A stretch of DNA of 64,000 bases, taken from assembly GCA_951406725.2 (NCBI GenBank), contig OX597822.1, positions 23,064,001 through 23,128,000 of the forward strand, in the 5' to 3' direction. The DNA comes from Octopus vulgaris. Its lineage: Eukaryota. The position numbers and the translations under genes were made by a program. How positions within the stretch are numbered: position 1 is the first letter of the stretch; every line of letters starts with the position of its first letter. The notes beneath the pieces are model-generated. The model had not been told where the DNA came from. It made no database searches and saw only the letters and a program-made list of their open reading frames with translations. Below are positions 1 to 14,016 of this stretch, piece by piece.

Positions 1-3000
1 ATTTGAATCGTGACAAACAACATGATTGTACACTAACTAGGAAAGGAATAACTAATTTTTTTCCAAAAAAAAAATAAATAAATAAATAAAAAATAAAGAT
101 GTGATTTTTAATTTCATCTTTAAAACTATTCTATTAAACAAACTTCTGTATACACACTGCAGATGTTGACATGACATAAAAGGAGAAAAAAAAAAAGGAC
201 CAAATAAATAAAATCCAATTTTGCTAGCATTTCAGTTCTTTCAAACCAATTGCTTGGTTGTGATAACTCTTGATAAAATGAAAGCAAAAACAAGATTACG
301 GGCATGTCTGAAGACCTGAACTTAATATCACTAATTTAATACCAAACCCAAATGAGAAATTTAATAAAATATAGCCATTGTAGAAATTCTAGCAAAATCC
401 ATTAACTTTACCAGAAATTTAAAATAAAAATAATAACCCCCAAAATATAGAAAAACTATGGAAATTTCAAGGTTTGTTTAAAGTTCTATTGAAAAGAATT
501 TGTTCCTATTAAACTCAAAAGATATATTTGTAATTCAGAGTAAAAGAATATTTCTGTATTACTAGCCATTTTTATACTTAAATTTATAAACTTTTTTTCT
601 TTAGCTAAAGTGTATGTTGTTTCATTTTATTATTATATCATTTTTATATAATGCATATGCACATTTTAATGAAGTTGGAACATTTTAAGAAATGCAAAAT
701 AACAAAAGAAGCAGGAATGATATGTGCACAACAAAAGCATGTAACATTTTTGTTCAAACAAACGCACATGCATACATACACACACACGCACACATACATA
801 CATATATATATGATATGTGTGTGTATGTGTATAATGAATCCCAAAAGCAAAGATCAGCAAAGTGGATTCCCCGAAATATTGCATTTTAACAATTGCAGTG
901 AAAATTACCAGAGATATAAACATCATTCAGAAGAAGAAGAAAAATGGAATAATAATGATGATAATAATAATAATTTGACAAACTGCATGGATATGCATCA
1001 CCAAAAAGCTTAAAAGGAGTAAAAGAAAAAGAAAGAATTTAATCTCTTCAAGCAGCCTTTTACCATGTTACATGTAGTTAAGAACATGTTTCGGACAGCT
1101 TTGTGTAAGATTGTATTACTTTAGATTCCTTTTAATTAGAATTATGGTTTCTTGATCTAGCTTTGCCAATCATCTTTTATTGAAAAGAAATGCAACATGA
1201 ATGAAAAAAAAGAAAAATGCCACATTAAAAAAAGAATTGCAATAAATAAAAAAAACTATATAAGTTATTATTTTGATAAACATACATATATATTGCACAC
1301 ATTCAAAATCATGAAAAATAAATTGGCTCTGAAATAGAAGAATGGTTAATTTTACATGGAATGGTGTAATGAAATGCCTGTGTTGTTTTTTTCCTTTCAT
1401 TTTTTACTCTGGAAATGTCATTTTCAAGATAATAAAAAAAGCAGCAAGTATTTTCATTGTTTACCAAAATAATCTAAATTTCTGTTCCCTTAGATCCCAA
1501 GATAATTACAAATACTATTTTGTCATATTATGTCATAAAAAGTGCCTTAAGAAATAAAAAAAACAAATCTTAAAAAAAAGAAAAGAAAAAAATTCACTGG
1601 CATATTTCGGAAGAATTGATAATGCCAAATATATGCACACAGAGATCAGTGGAGATTTACTTAAATGGTAAGTTAACGATAAATTCTAGAAACAAGTTAA
1701 AAAAAAATTGAGAAAAGACAGCAAGGATAACTTGATAATTTTAGTAAATAGAGAAAATCTATTTTTTAATAAGTAATTTATTGAAATTATCTCCCCAACA
1801 ACTCGTTAGATTCTTCTTTATCTTCCTCAAGCTAAGAGGGTAATTTCAATTTATTAATATTTTTATTTGCATACTCCATTGGGTAGAACTACATCTAGCT
1901 GACTCCTTTAAATGGATTATATTAATGTTTTGACTTAAATGAAAATAATTCTGAAATAAGCAAAAATCCACAATTATAAACTTCTTTGGCATACTTCAGA
2001 AGTAAGAATGCTAGGTATACACCTACCCCCTCACACAGATCAATGGAGATTTTTCTGAAACAGTAAATTCATTGTAACTTTTTGTTTAAAAAAATGTAAA
2101 AAAAAAAAGATACAAAAGTGCCTAACTTTAGTATACTGACAAATTTATTTTTTAATGATCAATTCTTAATTCATTGAAATTATCTTCCCTTTTCCTTGCA
2201 AGTTGCTAATGACATCTGCATGGTTTTGTTAAGGTAATTTCAATTTGTTAAGAACTTTTTTTTTTTTGTGCATACTCCATACCTAGGTGATTGTTTTTAG
2301 ACAGAAAAAAACCTAGTTCTGTAAAAGGAGATATAAATAAATAAAACAAGCAACTTTAAGTTGAAAATCATTATTTAAAATTTTTTACAAAAAAAAAAAT
2401 TTTTTTAAATTAACATGTTATCCAAGAGCAAAATATCTGAGAAAGTATTTCAACACTGCAAAAGTTTTTTTTCTCAAACAGTTAAGGAAAAAACTAAAAC
2501 AAAAACAAAACATTGATGACAGACAACAAGAGTTATGGGATCTTGTTTATAATGGATTCAATGGGAGGAGTGAAAAACCCAACACACTCCATGTAGCAAA
2601 GGTTACTTAGATACAGTCATATACCATGGCAGCTCCAAAAGATTAATAAAATAAATCTTACCTTTCATGCAAAGATTAAAAAAAACCCACCTCAAACAAT
2701 CAAAAAACTTTTTAATGAAAAAAAAACTCCGGTTCTCTTCTTATTTGAAAAATACTCTCTCAGTCTACATACTAATTATATATGTGTAATATATATATAT
2801 ATATATATACTTTATCTCATTACTGTTCTACTTCTATAATGAATTAATCAGGAGCTGAAATATTAAACCAGCTTATTTGATGCTAAAATGAAGTTATGTG
2901 GCCTAACGGTTAGAGTGATTGGCTAATGATCATAATATTGTGGGTTCAATTCATCGACCAGGCATTACATTGTATCCTTGAGCAAGGCACTGCATTTCAT

Positions 3001-4015
3001 TCTGCTCCAATCTGCTCATCTGACAATGCATACCAGCTGAGTACTGGTGCCACTCTCTCTTTCCATCAGTGTCATGCGATCAGAGAGTGGGAGAGTCAAT
3101 AGTGTGTCTTGTCATGACTACGCAGGCAGCTAAAACAATTAGCGACAGCATGGTATGAGCTACCATGTCATACTTTTTCATGGAAGATGGCTGGCTCTTA
3201 TTTACTGCCACTAAATTAGTCAGAGCAAAATTACGACAGTTCATTTCTCTGATTGGGTAAATATACACCAGTATTACATTAATACAAGGAAGAGCAGCAG
3301 AATATGTGGCCATTCCAGGTAATCTTAGCTGAATAAGAAATTTCTTCAGCTTTAGCAATTGCAGATGATAATAATAATAATAATCTTTTCTCCTATAGGC
3401 AACAGACCTTGAGTTTTGTGGGGAGTGGGGGAAAGTCAATTATACTGAGCTCAGTTCTTAACTGGTACTTATTTTATTGACTTCTTCCCCACAAAAGGGA
3501 TGAAAGGCAAAGTTGACCTTGGTGGAATTTGAACTCGGAATATAAAGCTGGGAGAAATGCCACAATGCATGTTGTCCAACGTGCTAATGATTCTGCCAGC
3601 TTGTCATCTCAATAATAATCCTTTCTATTATAGGCACAAGGCCTGGAATTTTAGGGAATGAGACTAGTTGATTACATCAACCACAGTGCTTGACTGGTAC
3701 TTATTTCATTGATCCCAAAAGGCTGAAAGGCAAAGTTGACCCTGGCAGCATTTGAGCTCAGAATGTAAAGAGTTGGAAGAAATACCACTAAGCATTCTGT
3801 CCAACTCACTAATGTCAGCCAGCTGACCACCTTAATAATAATAATAATAATAATAATAAAAATAATAAAATAACCAGAGTGAATTATCAAATTTTAATTA
3901 GTGCTCCTTGAATTAAATAGTTCTAACAAAGCAAACAACACTTTCATCTTCGGGTTCAACGCTCAGACAACTTACAATAGAATTCCATGGAATAAATAAG
4001 GTGGAAATTTAAATA

Positions 4016-4971
4016 CAGCAATCCCTTGACTATAGCAGGTGTTACATTCCAAAACCTCCTACAGAAATAATTAAAATCTAAGAAGATATAAATACCTATC
4101 AGCTGCAGAAACCCATGACATACTGAGGAGTGCGCAATATAAATTTACATATATTAGCCAGAAAAATCCGCGATGTACTGAGTGCGCAATAAGTGAACTG
4201 CAATGTACTGAGTGCGCGATAGGTAAACCTCAATGTACTGAGTGCGCAATAGGTAAACCGCAATGTACTGAATGCGCAATAGGTAAACTTCAATGTACTG
4301 AGTGCGCAATAGGTAAACCTCAATGTACTGAGTGCGCAATAGGTAAACCTCAATGTACTGAGTGCGCAATAAGTGAACCGCAATGTACTGAGTGCGCAAT
4401 AGGTAAACCTCAATGTACTGAGTGCGCAATAGGTAAACCTCAATGTACTGAGTGCGCAATAGGTAAACCTCAATGTACTGAGTGCGCAATAAGTGAACCG
4501 CAATGTACTGAGTGCGCGATAGGTAAACCTCAATGTACTGAGTGCGCGATAGGTAAACCGCAATGTACTGAATGCGCAATAGGTAAACCTCAATGTACTG
4601 AGTGCGCAATAGGTAAACCGCAATGTACTGAGTGCGCAATAGGTAAACCTCAATGTACTGAGTGCGCAATAGGTAAACCTCAATGTACTGAGTGCGCAAT
4701 AAGTGAACCGCAATGTACTGAGTGCGCGATAGGTAAACCTCAATGTACTGAGTGCGCAATAGGTAAACCGCAATGTACTGAATGCGCAATAGGTAAACCT
4801 CAATGTACTGAGTGCGCAATAGGTAAACCGCAATGTACTGAGTGCGCAATAGGTAAACCTCAATGTACTGAGTGCGCAATAAGTGAACCGCAATGTACTG
4901 AGTGCGCGATAGGTAAACCGCAATGTACTGAGTGCGCAATAGGTAAACCGCGACATGGCGAGGGATTACTG
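4016..4971. mobile_element. Tigger/pogo-like MITE carrying an internal minisatellite
   Basis: Left end TA|CAGCAATCCCTTGACTATAGCAGGTGTTAC, right end ATGGCGAGGGATTACTG. Both match the TIRs of the short copy at 37760-37973. Confidence 0.8.
4171..4950. repeat. 30-bp minisatellite, 26 units (CAATGTACTGAGTGCGCAATAGGTAAACCT/G)
   Basis: Directly visible head-to-tail array with a few diagnostic variant positions and no spacers. Confidence 0.98.
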
Positions 4972-6545
4972 CATAATGATTCTAAGTAAACATACAAGAC
5001 CGTTACTAGAAATCTAGTATATTTAAAAAGGTAAAAAACAAAACAAACAAAAAACATCAATAACGTATATAAAAAGATATTTTGTTAATAATACAAACAT
5101 ATAAAGCCAAGTTAAATATAAACAACAAAAGCAATGGCAATAAAGATGGGGAGGGAGGTATTATAACAAATACATGAAATTAAGATTCCATAATTCAGAA
5201 TTAATAATCATTACTGGTTACTTTGTACTATAATACTAAGGTCAGATTATTATATCAGTTATGACTAATTAACCCTTTTCTTACCAACCCACCAGAAACC
5301 ACCCCTGGTTCTATCATACGATGATCTAAATAAACCCTTCAATTGCAGAATTAAATTTCATTGCTATTCCAGTAATTTTATTTCTATTTTTATTTCATTT
5401 AGTTTCAGCTCATGAACTGTGGCACCACCATTTATATAATATTACATAACTACTAAAAAACAGAATTGGTATTTTCTGCAAGTCACATTGCCACAATAAA
5501 TTCAACACATCTCAATAAGAAAAATAGTTCCAAACATGACATTTTTCAACAAATGGTAGATTGGTATATAAAACTGCTTTCCACAGTTTCAGGTAATGGA
5601 ATTTTGAGTGGATATATCTGACTTCCATAGTGAAAGGGTTAAAACCTTTCTCTAGAATCTCATGCCAATTTATGGTTCAAAAACCACTTTGATAATGACA
5701 AAATTATTTTTAATAAATTCTTCATTGTTTATGTAAGATTAAGTTGGCAGTTCCATCAAATAAACAACTGGAATCCCCATTTCTGAAATAGATGGAACAC
5801 TCATTTATATTATAGGATTACAACTTATCTCCAGTTTCTCTGGCGCTAAACAGATGAGAGATAAAGTGCCCTTTTGTTGAGGTGCAAGTCTAACTTGAAG
5901 AGGTAATTTGTTCACACAGAATTATTTGAGCCAAGTATTGTAAGCTAACGAAATACTCATCAAATATGCAGTGATCTCTTGCTTTCTCCTTAGATGGACT
6001 TAGTCATTCAGAATCAAAGGTTTGGCTATGGACATAGCAAAACAGTGAAGATGGGATACTAGCAACTGACACCAGCTTGAAGGCAAACAGCCTATTGACT
6101 TAACTAGCTACAGTTCATACACACACAAATATACACACATGCATGTAAGCACACAGGTACAAAACAAGTTAGAGAATATAGTACTCAAATACCTAATGTA
6201 GAGTAAAATAATAGTTTAGTGAAACTGAAATGACTTCACAAACTATTACTCAGAGTTTCATGTAACTGATCATCAAATGATCAGTTTGTAGTGATGCCAT
6301 CTTGGAAATCTCCAGCACACATGCGTAGGGTTGGAATCTTCCGGAAGATCCCTCATGCACACGTGCAGAAAACTAGCAGCAGCAAAATTCTCTTGTATCT
6401 CTCTCTTGGACACTAGCAGCTGAATGATAGAGACATGTCTCCAGCAGCTCTCTCGAGCTGCTACCTCGTGGCGCATCCCCGCTATGCTTGAGTGGGCAGG
6501 ATTGACTCACTTCACTAGACTACTGCCGATTTGCCCAGAGGAAGG

Positions 6546-6630
6546 AAATGTTTATTGCGAATCAAAGAATAAATGTTTATTGTGAATCAAAGAATAAATG
6601 TTTATTGCGAATCAAAGAATAAATATTTAT
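6546..6630. repeat. 25-bp tandem repeat, 3.4 units (AAATGTTTATTGCGAATCAAAGAAT)
   Basis: Units start at 6546, 6571 and 6596, with a partial unit at 6621. Confidence 0.92.
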
Positions 6631-9161
6631 ACTGTTTAAGTTAATGGAAAATCTTGACTCTTTCTTCAAATAATATCTGATGTAAAGGATGCAAGCAGCA
6701 CCCATCCACTGCAGGAATCTCTCATCCTGTTACAAGTGAAATGAAACTGAGTAACAGTTAGTAAAGTCTTTATGCATTTAAATTTTTTCAACTTTTCTAC
6801 TAATATGTTAATCATTTGCGTGATCTTTCAAGAAGATAAGGCACCATCAATGAATAATCAGATCTGCTGACTTTAATTGCAAGACAAGAGAAGTAGTGGT
6901 GCTCATGCTATTTCATAAATGCATTTGCAGAAGAGATGAAATATCTAGAACTGTGAGTCGTTGGGAGTATATCAAAAACATTTGCAGAAAGTATGTGCAT
7001 GCAAACATACATGTGCTAGTGAAGGGCTTCAGAGGAGACCATCTGCCACTTACATGAACAAAGATCATCAATGTGGCCCCTTTTATATGCACAAAAATGC
7101 CTAAAAACAGCATTTTTCTCACAAGAGATCATCAGAATGACCCTTCTTTGTGAGAACAGGTCACCAAGTAGTCCCACTCACATGAATGAAATTCATCATT
7201 GTAGGACCTGTCATACAAGAAAATGCCACCAAAGTACCCACTTCTACATTGGTGATGGTCAGTAAAAGGATTGTCCTTAAATGAGTGTAGACCAGTGAAA
7301 CCTAACCTTTAAAATTCAGGCTTATTAGTTTAACTCCATCTCAAGCAAGTTTCAAACGTTACATTAAAATTAATCCAAAGAAGTTAACTTTAACATGCTA
7401 TATTTTAAATAAAAGATTAACACATACTTTTAATGTTATTGAAAATGCAACCAATAGTCAGACAGATACACTACTTATTATTCTAAGTACTTTATTTAAA
7501 CCTAAGTGATGGAATTTAAAGTAAGAATGTATAAGAGTGGCACATTATTATTATCATTTCAAAATTTTTTTTTATATCTCACCCTTATGGTGGAATTTAG
7601 GTGGGTTTACTCTTGGGTACTAAGTCATCACCTGTGGCCTCAGCCATCCAGGAACTTTTGAATGATCGTAGTAATTCCTAATAAGCAGGCCAGTTGCATG
7701 AATTCTATGTGCTTCTGCAAGCCACATCATCATTATTACTTATTAAGGCAGCAAGCTGAGTATTTCTTTTGACTTTCACCTTTTAAGTTCCAATTCCACC
7801 CAGGTCTGCCTTTCATCCTTTTGGGGTTGATAAAATAAATAAGCATCAGTTGAGTACTGGGGTTGATGTAATTGACATAGCCCTCTCTGAAATTTCATAT
7901 AGCTCTTGACATTTTGAGTTCAAATCTGGCCATAGCTAACTTTTTTTTTAATCCTTTTGGGGTCAATAAAATAAAGTGCCAGTGAAGTACTGGGGAGTTG
8001 AAGTAATCAACTAAGCATCTCCCCTTAAAAAATTGCTTGCCTTATGCCAAAATTTGAAATGATTATTATTATTATTAAGGCAGCAAGCTGGCAGAGTTGT
8101 TAGCATGCCAGGTGAAATGCTTAGTAGCATTTCATCCTTGAGGGATCAGTAAATTAAGTACCAGTGAAACATTGGGATCGATGTAATTGATTGGCCCCCT
8201 CCCATAAAATTTCAGCCCTTGTGCCTTTAGTAGAAAATATTATTATTATTATTAAATGTGGCAAGGTAGCAGAATTGTTAGAGTGCTGGAATAAATGTAG
8301 TGTGGTATATGTTCCAGCTCTTTACATTCCACCTGGGGTTGGTAACAAATAGTACCAGCTAAGTACTGAAGTTGATGGCATCAATTAACCCCATCCCTTC
8401 AAAATTGCTGACCTTGCAGATTCATTAGAGCATTGGAAATGAAGTTTTTATTAACATTCCTTTACATTTTAAGTTCAAATTTCACTAGGGGTAGCTTAAT
8501 TTTTTTTTCTCACTCTGGAATCCATAACTTGGCCCTGTGAATTAGCGGCCTTTAACCTTTGGTTAGAAATTGTTTATTGGTGTTACAACAAAGAATGGGT
8601 GTTTTTGATTTCGTTGTACCATATTCCAAAAATTAACATTTCTTAATTCTTTCTAGGACCCTCCTATTTTTGTGTTAAGGCCTTGTAAATTAAAAGAAAC
8701 ATTTTCCTTCCCCATTTTCTGTTTTTCTCTATCGAAATACAAAACATTGTAAATAGAAGGCATCAACAACCTCAACAAACCAAAATATAAAAAAAAAACC
8801 TTAGTGTTTAATAAGAATAATAATTAGTGAAAACTAATCAAAACATGCATAGTATATATTCATCTCCAACTTGAGTTAGAGAAAAGAACCCCCCCCCCCC
8901 AATACAACCAACACACTGAGAACTGAAGCAGGAGAGGAACTGTTGATAGACATTTGAGCCAATGCAAATGTTGGATAACGACAGGAATATTTCTGAGGAA
9001 GTTAAGCAATGGAATATTGCATCCAAAATGTCAACAGCTAAGAGAAATACTCCCTGTCCCACCCTCTGCAACCTTGTTTTTAAGACTGTAATTTTTAATA
9101 AAACATTTTGTTATTACTACATTGCTACTGAGGAATTCAAGAGGTCTTACGTATTAATATA

Positions 9162-11149
9162 TCAGGTTGTATAGAAAGTTCTGTCTGATTACAAGTCTGT
9201 ATTTTTGTAAAGATTACCAATACTGATGGCATTCATTGATGTAAAATCATTTTATGAAGAATTTCCATAGAGCAACAACCATATTTTAGTAAATTAATTT
9301 TCTGTTTGAAGAACTCATCATGGAACCAAGTAAAGAGCCTATTTGTTACATTATTCTTTATGAGTTTCATTGAGGTTCTAATGCAAATGTAATAACCATA
9401 AATAACTTTGTGAAAGTGAAGAATTCAGACGTGGCAATTTCAATTTGCTTAGTGAGCCTAGATCAGGATAGCCTTCAAAATTGGATGTTGAAATGCTAGA
9501 GGCAACACTTGCAAGGAATCCTGCTGTGACAGTGAAAGAGCTTTTAACTGAATCTAATATCAGCATTCTAACCATTCGTAATCATTTAAAAGAGCTAAGA
9601 AAGTTTTAAAGTACAGAAATTGGGTTCTTTATGTTCTTCCAGCAGGAAATTGTCAATAAAGGTTCCATACATGCAACATCTAAGCACCATTTCAAACCAT
9701 ATCATGACTAGAGATGAGAAATGGATTGTTTACAGCAACACTGGTTTCAAATTTTGGCACAAGGCCAGCAATTTCAGGGAAGGGGGTAAATTGAATTCAT
9801 CATCCTCGGTACTCAATTGGTACGTATTTTATCGATCCTGGCAGAATTTGAACTCAGAACATAAAAATGGACAAAATACTGCTAAGCATTTTGTCCAGCA
9901 TGGTAATGATTCTACTAGCTTGCTGCCTTTGTTTACAGCAATATTAAGTTCCACAGAAAGTGGTTAAACCCAGATAAAAAAACCTGTACCACACCCATGA
10001 GGAGGAACTTCATCTACAGAAAATTTGTATTGAGTGTTTGGGATGGAAAGAATTAGCAGTGTTAGGATTTTTCTTTGTCTATTTTTACTCTGGCAAAAAA
10101 AAATAAAAAGCTCAAACATGGTCACTACTCAAAACAGTTTTATCATAGCATTCTGTAGTCCTAATGTTATTGTATTCTCTCTCTTGTATTTGTTGGTTTC
10201 CATGAAAGCCTGAATCTGTACTAGATATTTTTGTAGTCCAATGATAGATATTTTGTAATCATTTTCTAGGTGTATAAAACTCAGCTGCCTTGTATTCATT
10301 GTAAATACAGTTGTTAAACATGAGAAAGTTTTATTATAATGTAGATGTGTAATGTGAAGAGAATATGCTAAATCAGTTATTTTCCGAATGTGATTTGAAT
10401 GTTGTGTCAGCAATTTCATTGTTTAAAAATTGCTTTAGATAGAAAGCATCCCACCTTAATAAACTGTAAGAAGAGGTCCTCTTTCATCAAGATTATGTTT
10501 TATCTCACACTGCACAAGTTATTACAATTGTTCTGAAATTGGTTATATGGGGAAAATGCTAAACTCTCCATATTCTACAGATTTTGCTCCATCAGACTTC
10601 TACTTATTTGGAGCAAAACAAATTAGACAAAGTATGGCCAGCAGGGAAAACATAGAAAATTAATCAAATGAATATTTTCATTCAAAACTCAAGTAATTTT
10701 TTGAAATCAGGTGTTCAAAGACTTACAAACATAAAGAGAAGTGATGTGAAAAGCTTGCTTTGCAACCATATGGTTCCAGGTTCAGTCACCTTGGGCAAGT
10801 CTCTTCTACCATAGCCTCAGGCCAACCAAAGCCTTGTGAGAGGATTTGATAGATGGAAACTAAAAGAAGCCTGTTGTATGTATGTGTGTAAGTATATATA
10901 TATCTGTGTTTGCGTCCCTGTAACTTAGCAGTTCAGCAAAAGAGAATGATAGAATAAGTACCAGGCTTAAAAAATAAGTACTGGCATTGACTTATTTGAC
11001 TAAAAGTTCAAGGTGATGCCCCAGCATGGCCTCAGTCTAATGACTGGAACAAGTAAAAGATAAAAGATATGATTAAATTTGCAGTATAAAATATGGCTTT
11101 ACTTTTAAATAAATGCTAAAAGTTGAACAGAACTTTCTATATAACCTGA
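9162..11149 (+). mobile_element. Decayed mariner transposon with nested SINE insertions
   Basis: TIR TCAGGTTGTATAGAAAGTTCTGT at 9162 and its inverse ACAGAACTTTCTATATAACCTGA ending at 11149, with TA flanks. Transposase remnants: FRRGNFNL..EPRSG*P (~9424), IMTRDEKWIVYSN (~9701-9740) and PYSTDFAPSDFYLF (10568-10609, the mariner YSPDLAPSD motif). Confidence 0.88.
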
Positions 11150-11899
11150 TATATATATCTAAGATGGCATACTTAGCTGGATTTTTAAATTTAGATACTT
11201 ACAGAAATGATTGTTGCTTAACCCCAAGTCAGCTTTGATTCAGCACACTTATGATCAAAGACATTCCAATCATGACCATTCCCTCTTGGTCTTTTTTTTT
11301 TGTTTTGTTTAATCTTCTCATATCTAGAACTACATTATCCAATGTTATTGAATTTTTAGGAAGGCAATAATAGGGATTTGACTGCTATTTTTAATAGACT
11401 AAGCAACTGTATAAATGTTCCCTCATTAGCACTTGTACAAGAACAGTTGAATGAAATGGTTATGGCAGTATGCCAAATTCCTACATTTTGCCTCAGAAAA
11501 CATAACCACTTTGAAACACTATTACTAATTTTTATGAATTATTGATATGTGTCTGTCTCTTTCCTCTAACTCATTTACCTAGATTATTATTAACAGATGT
11601 ACCAATTAATGATTATTAATTACAATATGGCTCGTTACATAATTTATCAAACATTTATGTAGCAGTTATTATTTCAGGTGTTAACTTAAGACAGCAATGA
11701 CCACAGACAGATTTGTTGATTTGACATGTTAACTCGAGGGACATATCAAAACAATTATTTTTTTTAGCAAACAGCAAACTAAAAAAAAAAAGAAAACAAC
11801 CAATAAACAACAACAACAAAGAAAAATATAAATAAGGAGTTGAGGTAAAGGTTAACGGTACCAAATCACTTACCAATCCATTAAGGAAGGAATACTTAC

Positions 11900-11914
11900 C
11901 AAATTCTTTGTTGT
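11900..11914 (-). CDS. Candidate 15-nt in-frame microexon (TTKNL) of the MTSS1-like gene
   Basis: Minus strand has a long pyrimidine tract ending ...tttctttccttccaacttcatttttaag|ACA ACA AAG AAT TTG|gtaagta. Phase 0/0 fits the upstream phase-0 donor at 14017. No transcript evidence is available. Confidence 0.5.
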
Positions 11915-13573
11915 CTTAAAAATGAAGTTGGAAGGAAAGAAAGAAAAAAAAAAAAACAGGAAGGTGAAGAAATTCAAAAAGACATTTTTTTTTTTGTGGA
12001 AACATGAATAAGAAAGCATTCATCAAAATATTCAGAAATTTAATAAAAAAACAAACAAACCCCTATTTCCACATAAAGAATACCTCAATACACACGCATC
12101 ATTATATATTATATCCATACATATTTATTCTTTTTTGGTTTCCGTCATTTGATTGCAGCCATGCTGGAGCACCGCCTTTAGTCAAGCAAATCAACCCAAG
12201 GACTTATTCATTGTAAGCCTAGTACTTATTCTATCAGTCTCTTTTGCTGAACTGCTAAGTTACAGGGACGTAAACACACTAGTCTTCCTTTCTTTTTTCC
12301 TTTACTATTTGCAGTTGATGGCATCATATCAGTTATTTGAGTACTGTGGGTGCTAAAAACACGAGCTTGCGCAGCATAAACTCAAATATATAATGTAATA
12401 TGTTTATCTTAATACAATGTATAGTGAGATTATATTTTCACCATCATTATATTTCATAATATTTATGCTTCAAACACAAATTCATTGCTCTTTTATTGTG
12501 CTCTTTGCTAATATGTTGTACATGGGGGAAATATTTTTGTAATGCTTGTGAGATATTTATTTCTGTGAGTACTATATATGTGTGCAAGCATATATACACA
12601 AACACACACATACCCAACTAAATCATTCATTTCATATGTTTTCGATGGATACCAACAATTACTAATGGACCTGTTTTTAATTCTTTTTTTTTTTAATTTT
12701 CATTTTGTTAGTATTTAGCTCAACTAGACCTATAATCAAAGTGTTCTAGTGATGACCATTCAATCTTAATTGCAGATAATGTCTACAAGACTATTTAATA
12801 TAATGTCATGTGCTATTCCCTTTTCTAAGATGATGTTAAGATGTAGCTTGGCAAAATTAGGTTCCTATTTCTAGAGAATCAAGTGGCTATGTTAACATTT
12901 TTTTAATGTTTCACCAGTCAGGTAAACTGGAGCAAGCTCAGTTATCTGCCTTGCTCAAGGGCACAATATTAACATGTGCAGTGAAATTTGATCTTCTGAT
13001 CGTGTGATCAGTAAATCCAGTATTCTAAGCCTCACAACTATCTATAAACATCAGTCTGTCTGTCTATCTATCTACATGTGTGTGTGTGTGTAGAATGTAT
13101 CTTTGTATGTATGCATGAGAGAAAGCACTTTCTGTTTAATTAATTTTCCCAATAAAGCAAATTGGCAAATATTGCTTGACTCATTAGCTCATTAACTAGA
13201 GAAAAAGAATTCCTGACTTAAAGACAGAATAAAACATTGTCTCACATACACACAACCACACACATCTATCCATCAATCAATATAGATAAATATGTAGGTA
13301 GATAGAAAGAAAGATAGGTAGATAGGAGTTGGAAATGAAATGAGTAAGAGGTAAGAATGTAAGGGAGTGAAAGTGAGAGACTGAAAGAGAGACAGGACAT
13401 GTGTGTGTGTGTGTATGTGTGTGTATGCATGCACACATGCTTGTGCATCAGTTAGGTGGAATTGGTGAGATTCAAAGACTAAACACAATACACAACTGAC
13501 AAGTACATTTTCTACACAATCAAATATTTAAAGAGAATTAAATGCAAATTAGACTGAATGTGTGTGTGTGTGC

Positions 13574-13626
<53 letters not shown>

Positions 13627-14016
13627 TTGTTGCTATTATGCAATAGTGCCCTAAGTTCAAAATGTTGCTTTTCAGAAAACGAAAAAATAGTTTCACCATT
13701 CCATAGCAAAACCGTTGTATTACACTTTGACAATTTTTGATATTTTGACATCTGAAGCAGCTGGAGATACCAGCTATTGCAAGCAAATAAATATTTTGGA
13801 AAAAATGCATTTGGCCAAATTTGGGCATACAACTGTTTAACATAATAGCAACAATATATATATTTATATATATATGCATATATAAATATATAAAATAAAA
13901 AAATATAAATCTGCAAAGAAATGATTTAATTAACAGGAAAATCACAACATGAAAACAAGAACTATTTTCTTTACTCTTTCTTTCTTGCTCTTTCACTCTC
14001 TCTCTCTCTGTCTCAC

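Noticed and set aside
2650-2700. Minus-strand AG|GTAAGA after a T-rich tract, a possible recursive splice site or exon end
   Set aside because: The acceptor context GAAAG is poor, and no MTSS1-like coding sequence (expected TPPSSP..SRKSS) lies upstream.
4099-4956. 285-aa and 261-aa ORFs with decapeptide repeats; CRISPR-like appearance
   Set aside because: The open frames arise because the 30-bp unit is a multiple of 3 and has no stop in these frames. Units are head-to-tail with no unique spacers, there are no cas genes, and the context is a eukaryotic intron.
6273-6540. GC-richer stretch with a 67-aa ORF as a possible next MTSS1 exon
   Set aside because: No similarity to the expected Ser-rich region. 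It adjoins a Penelope-like repeat end and is more likely element body.
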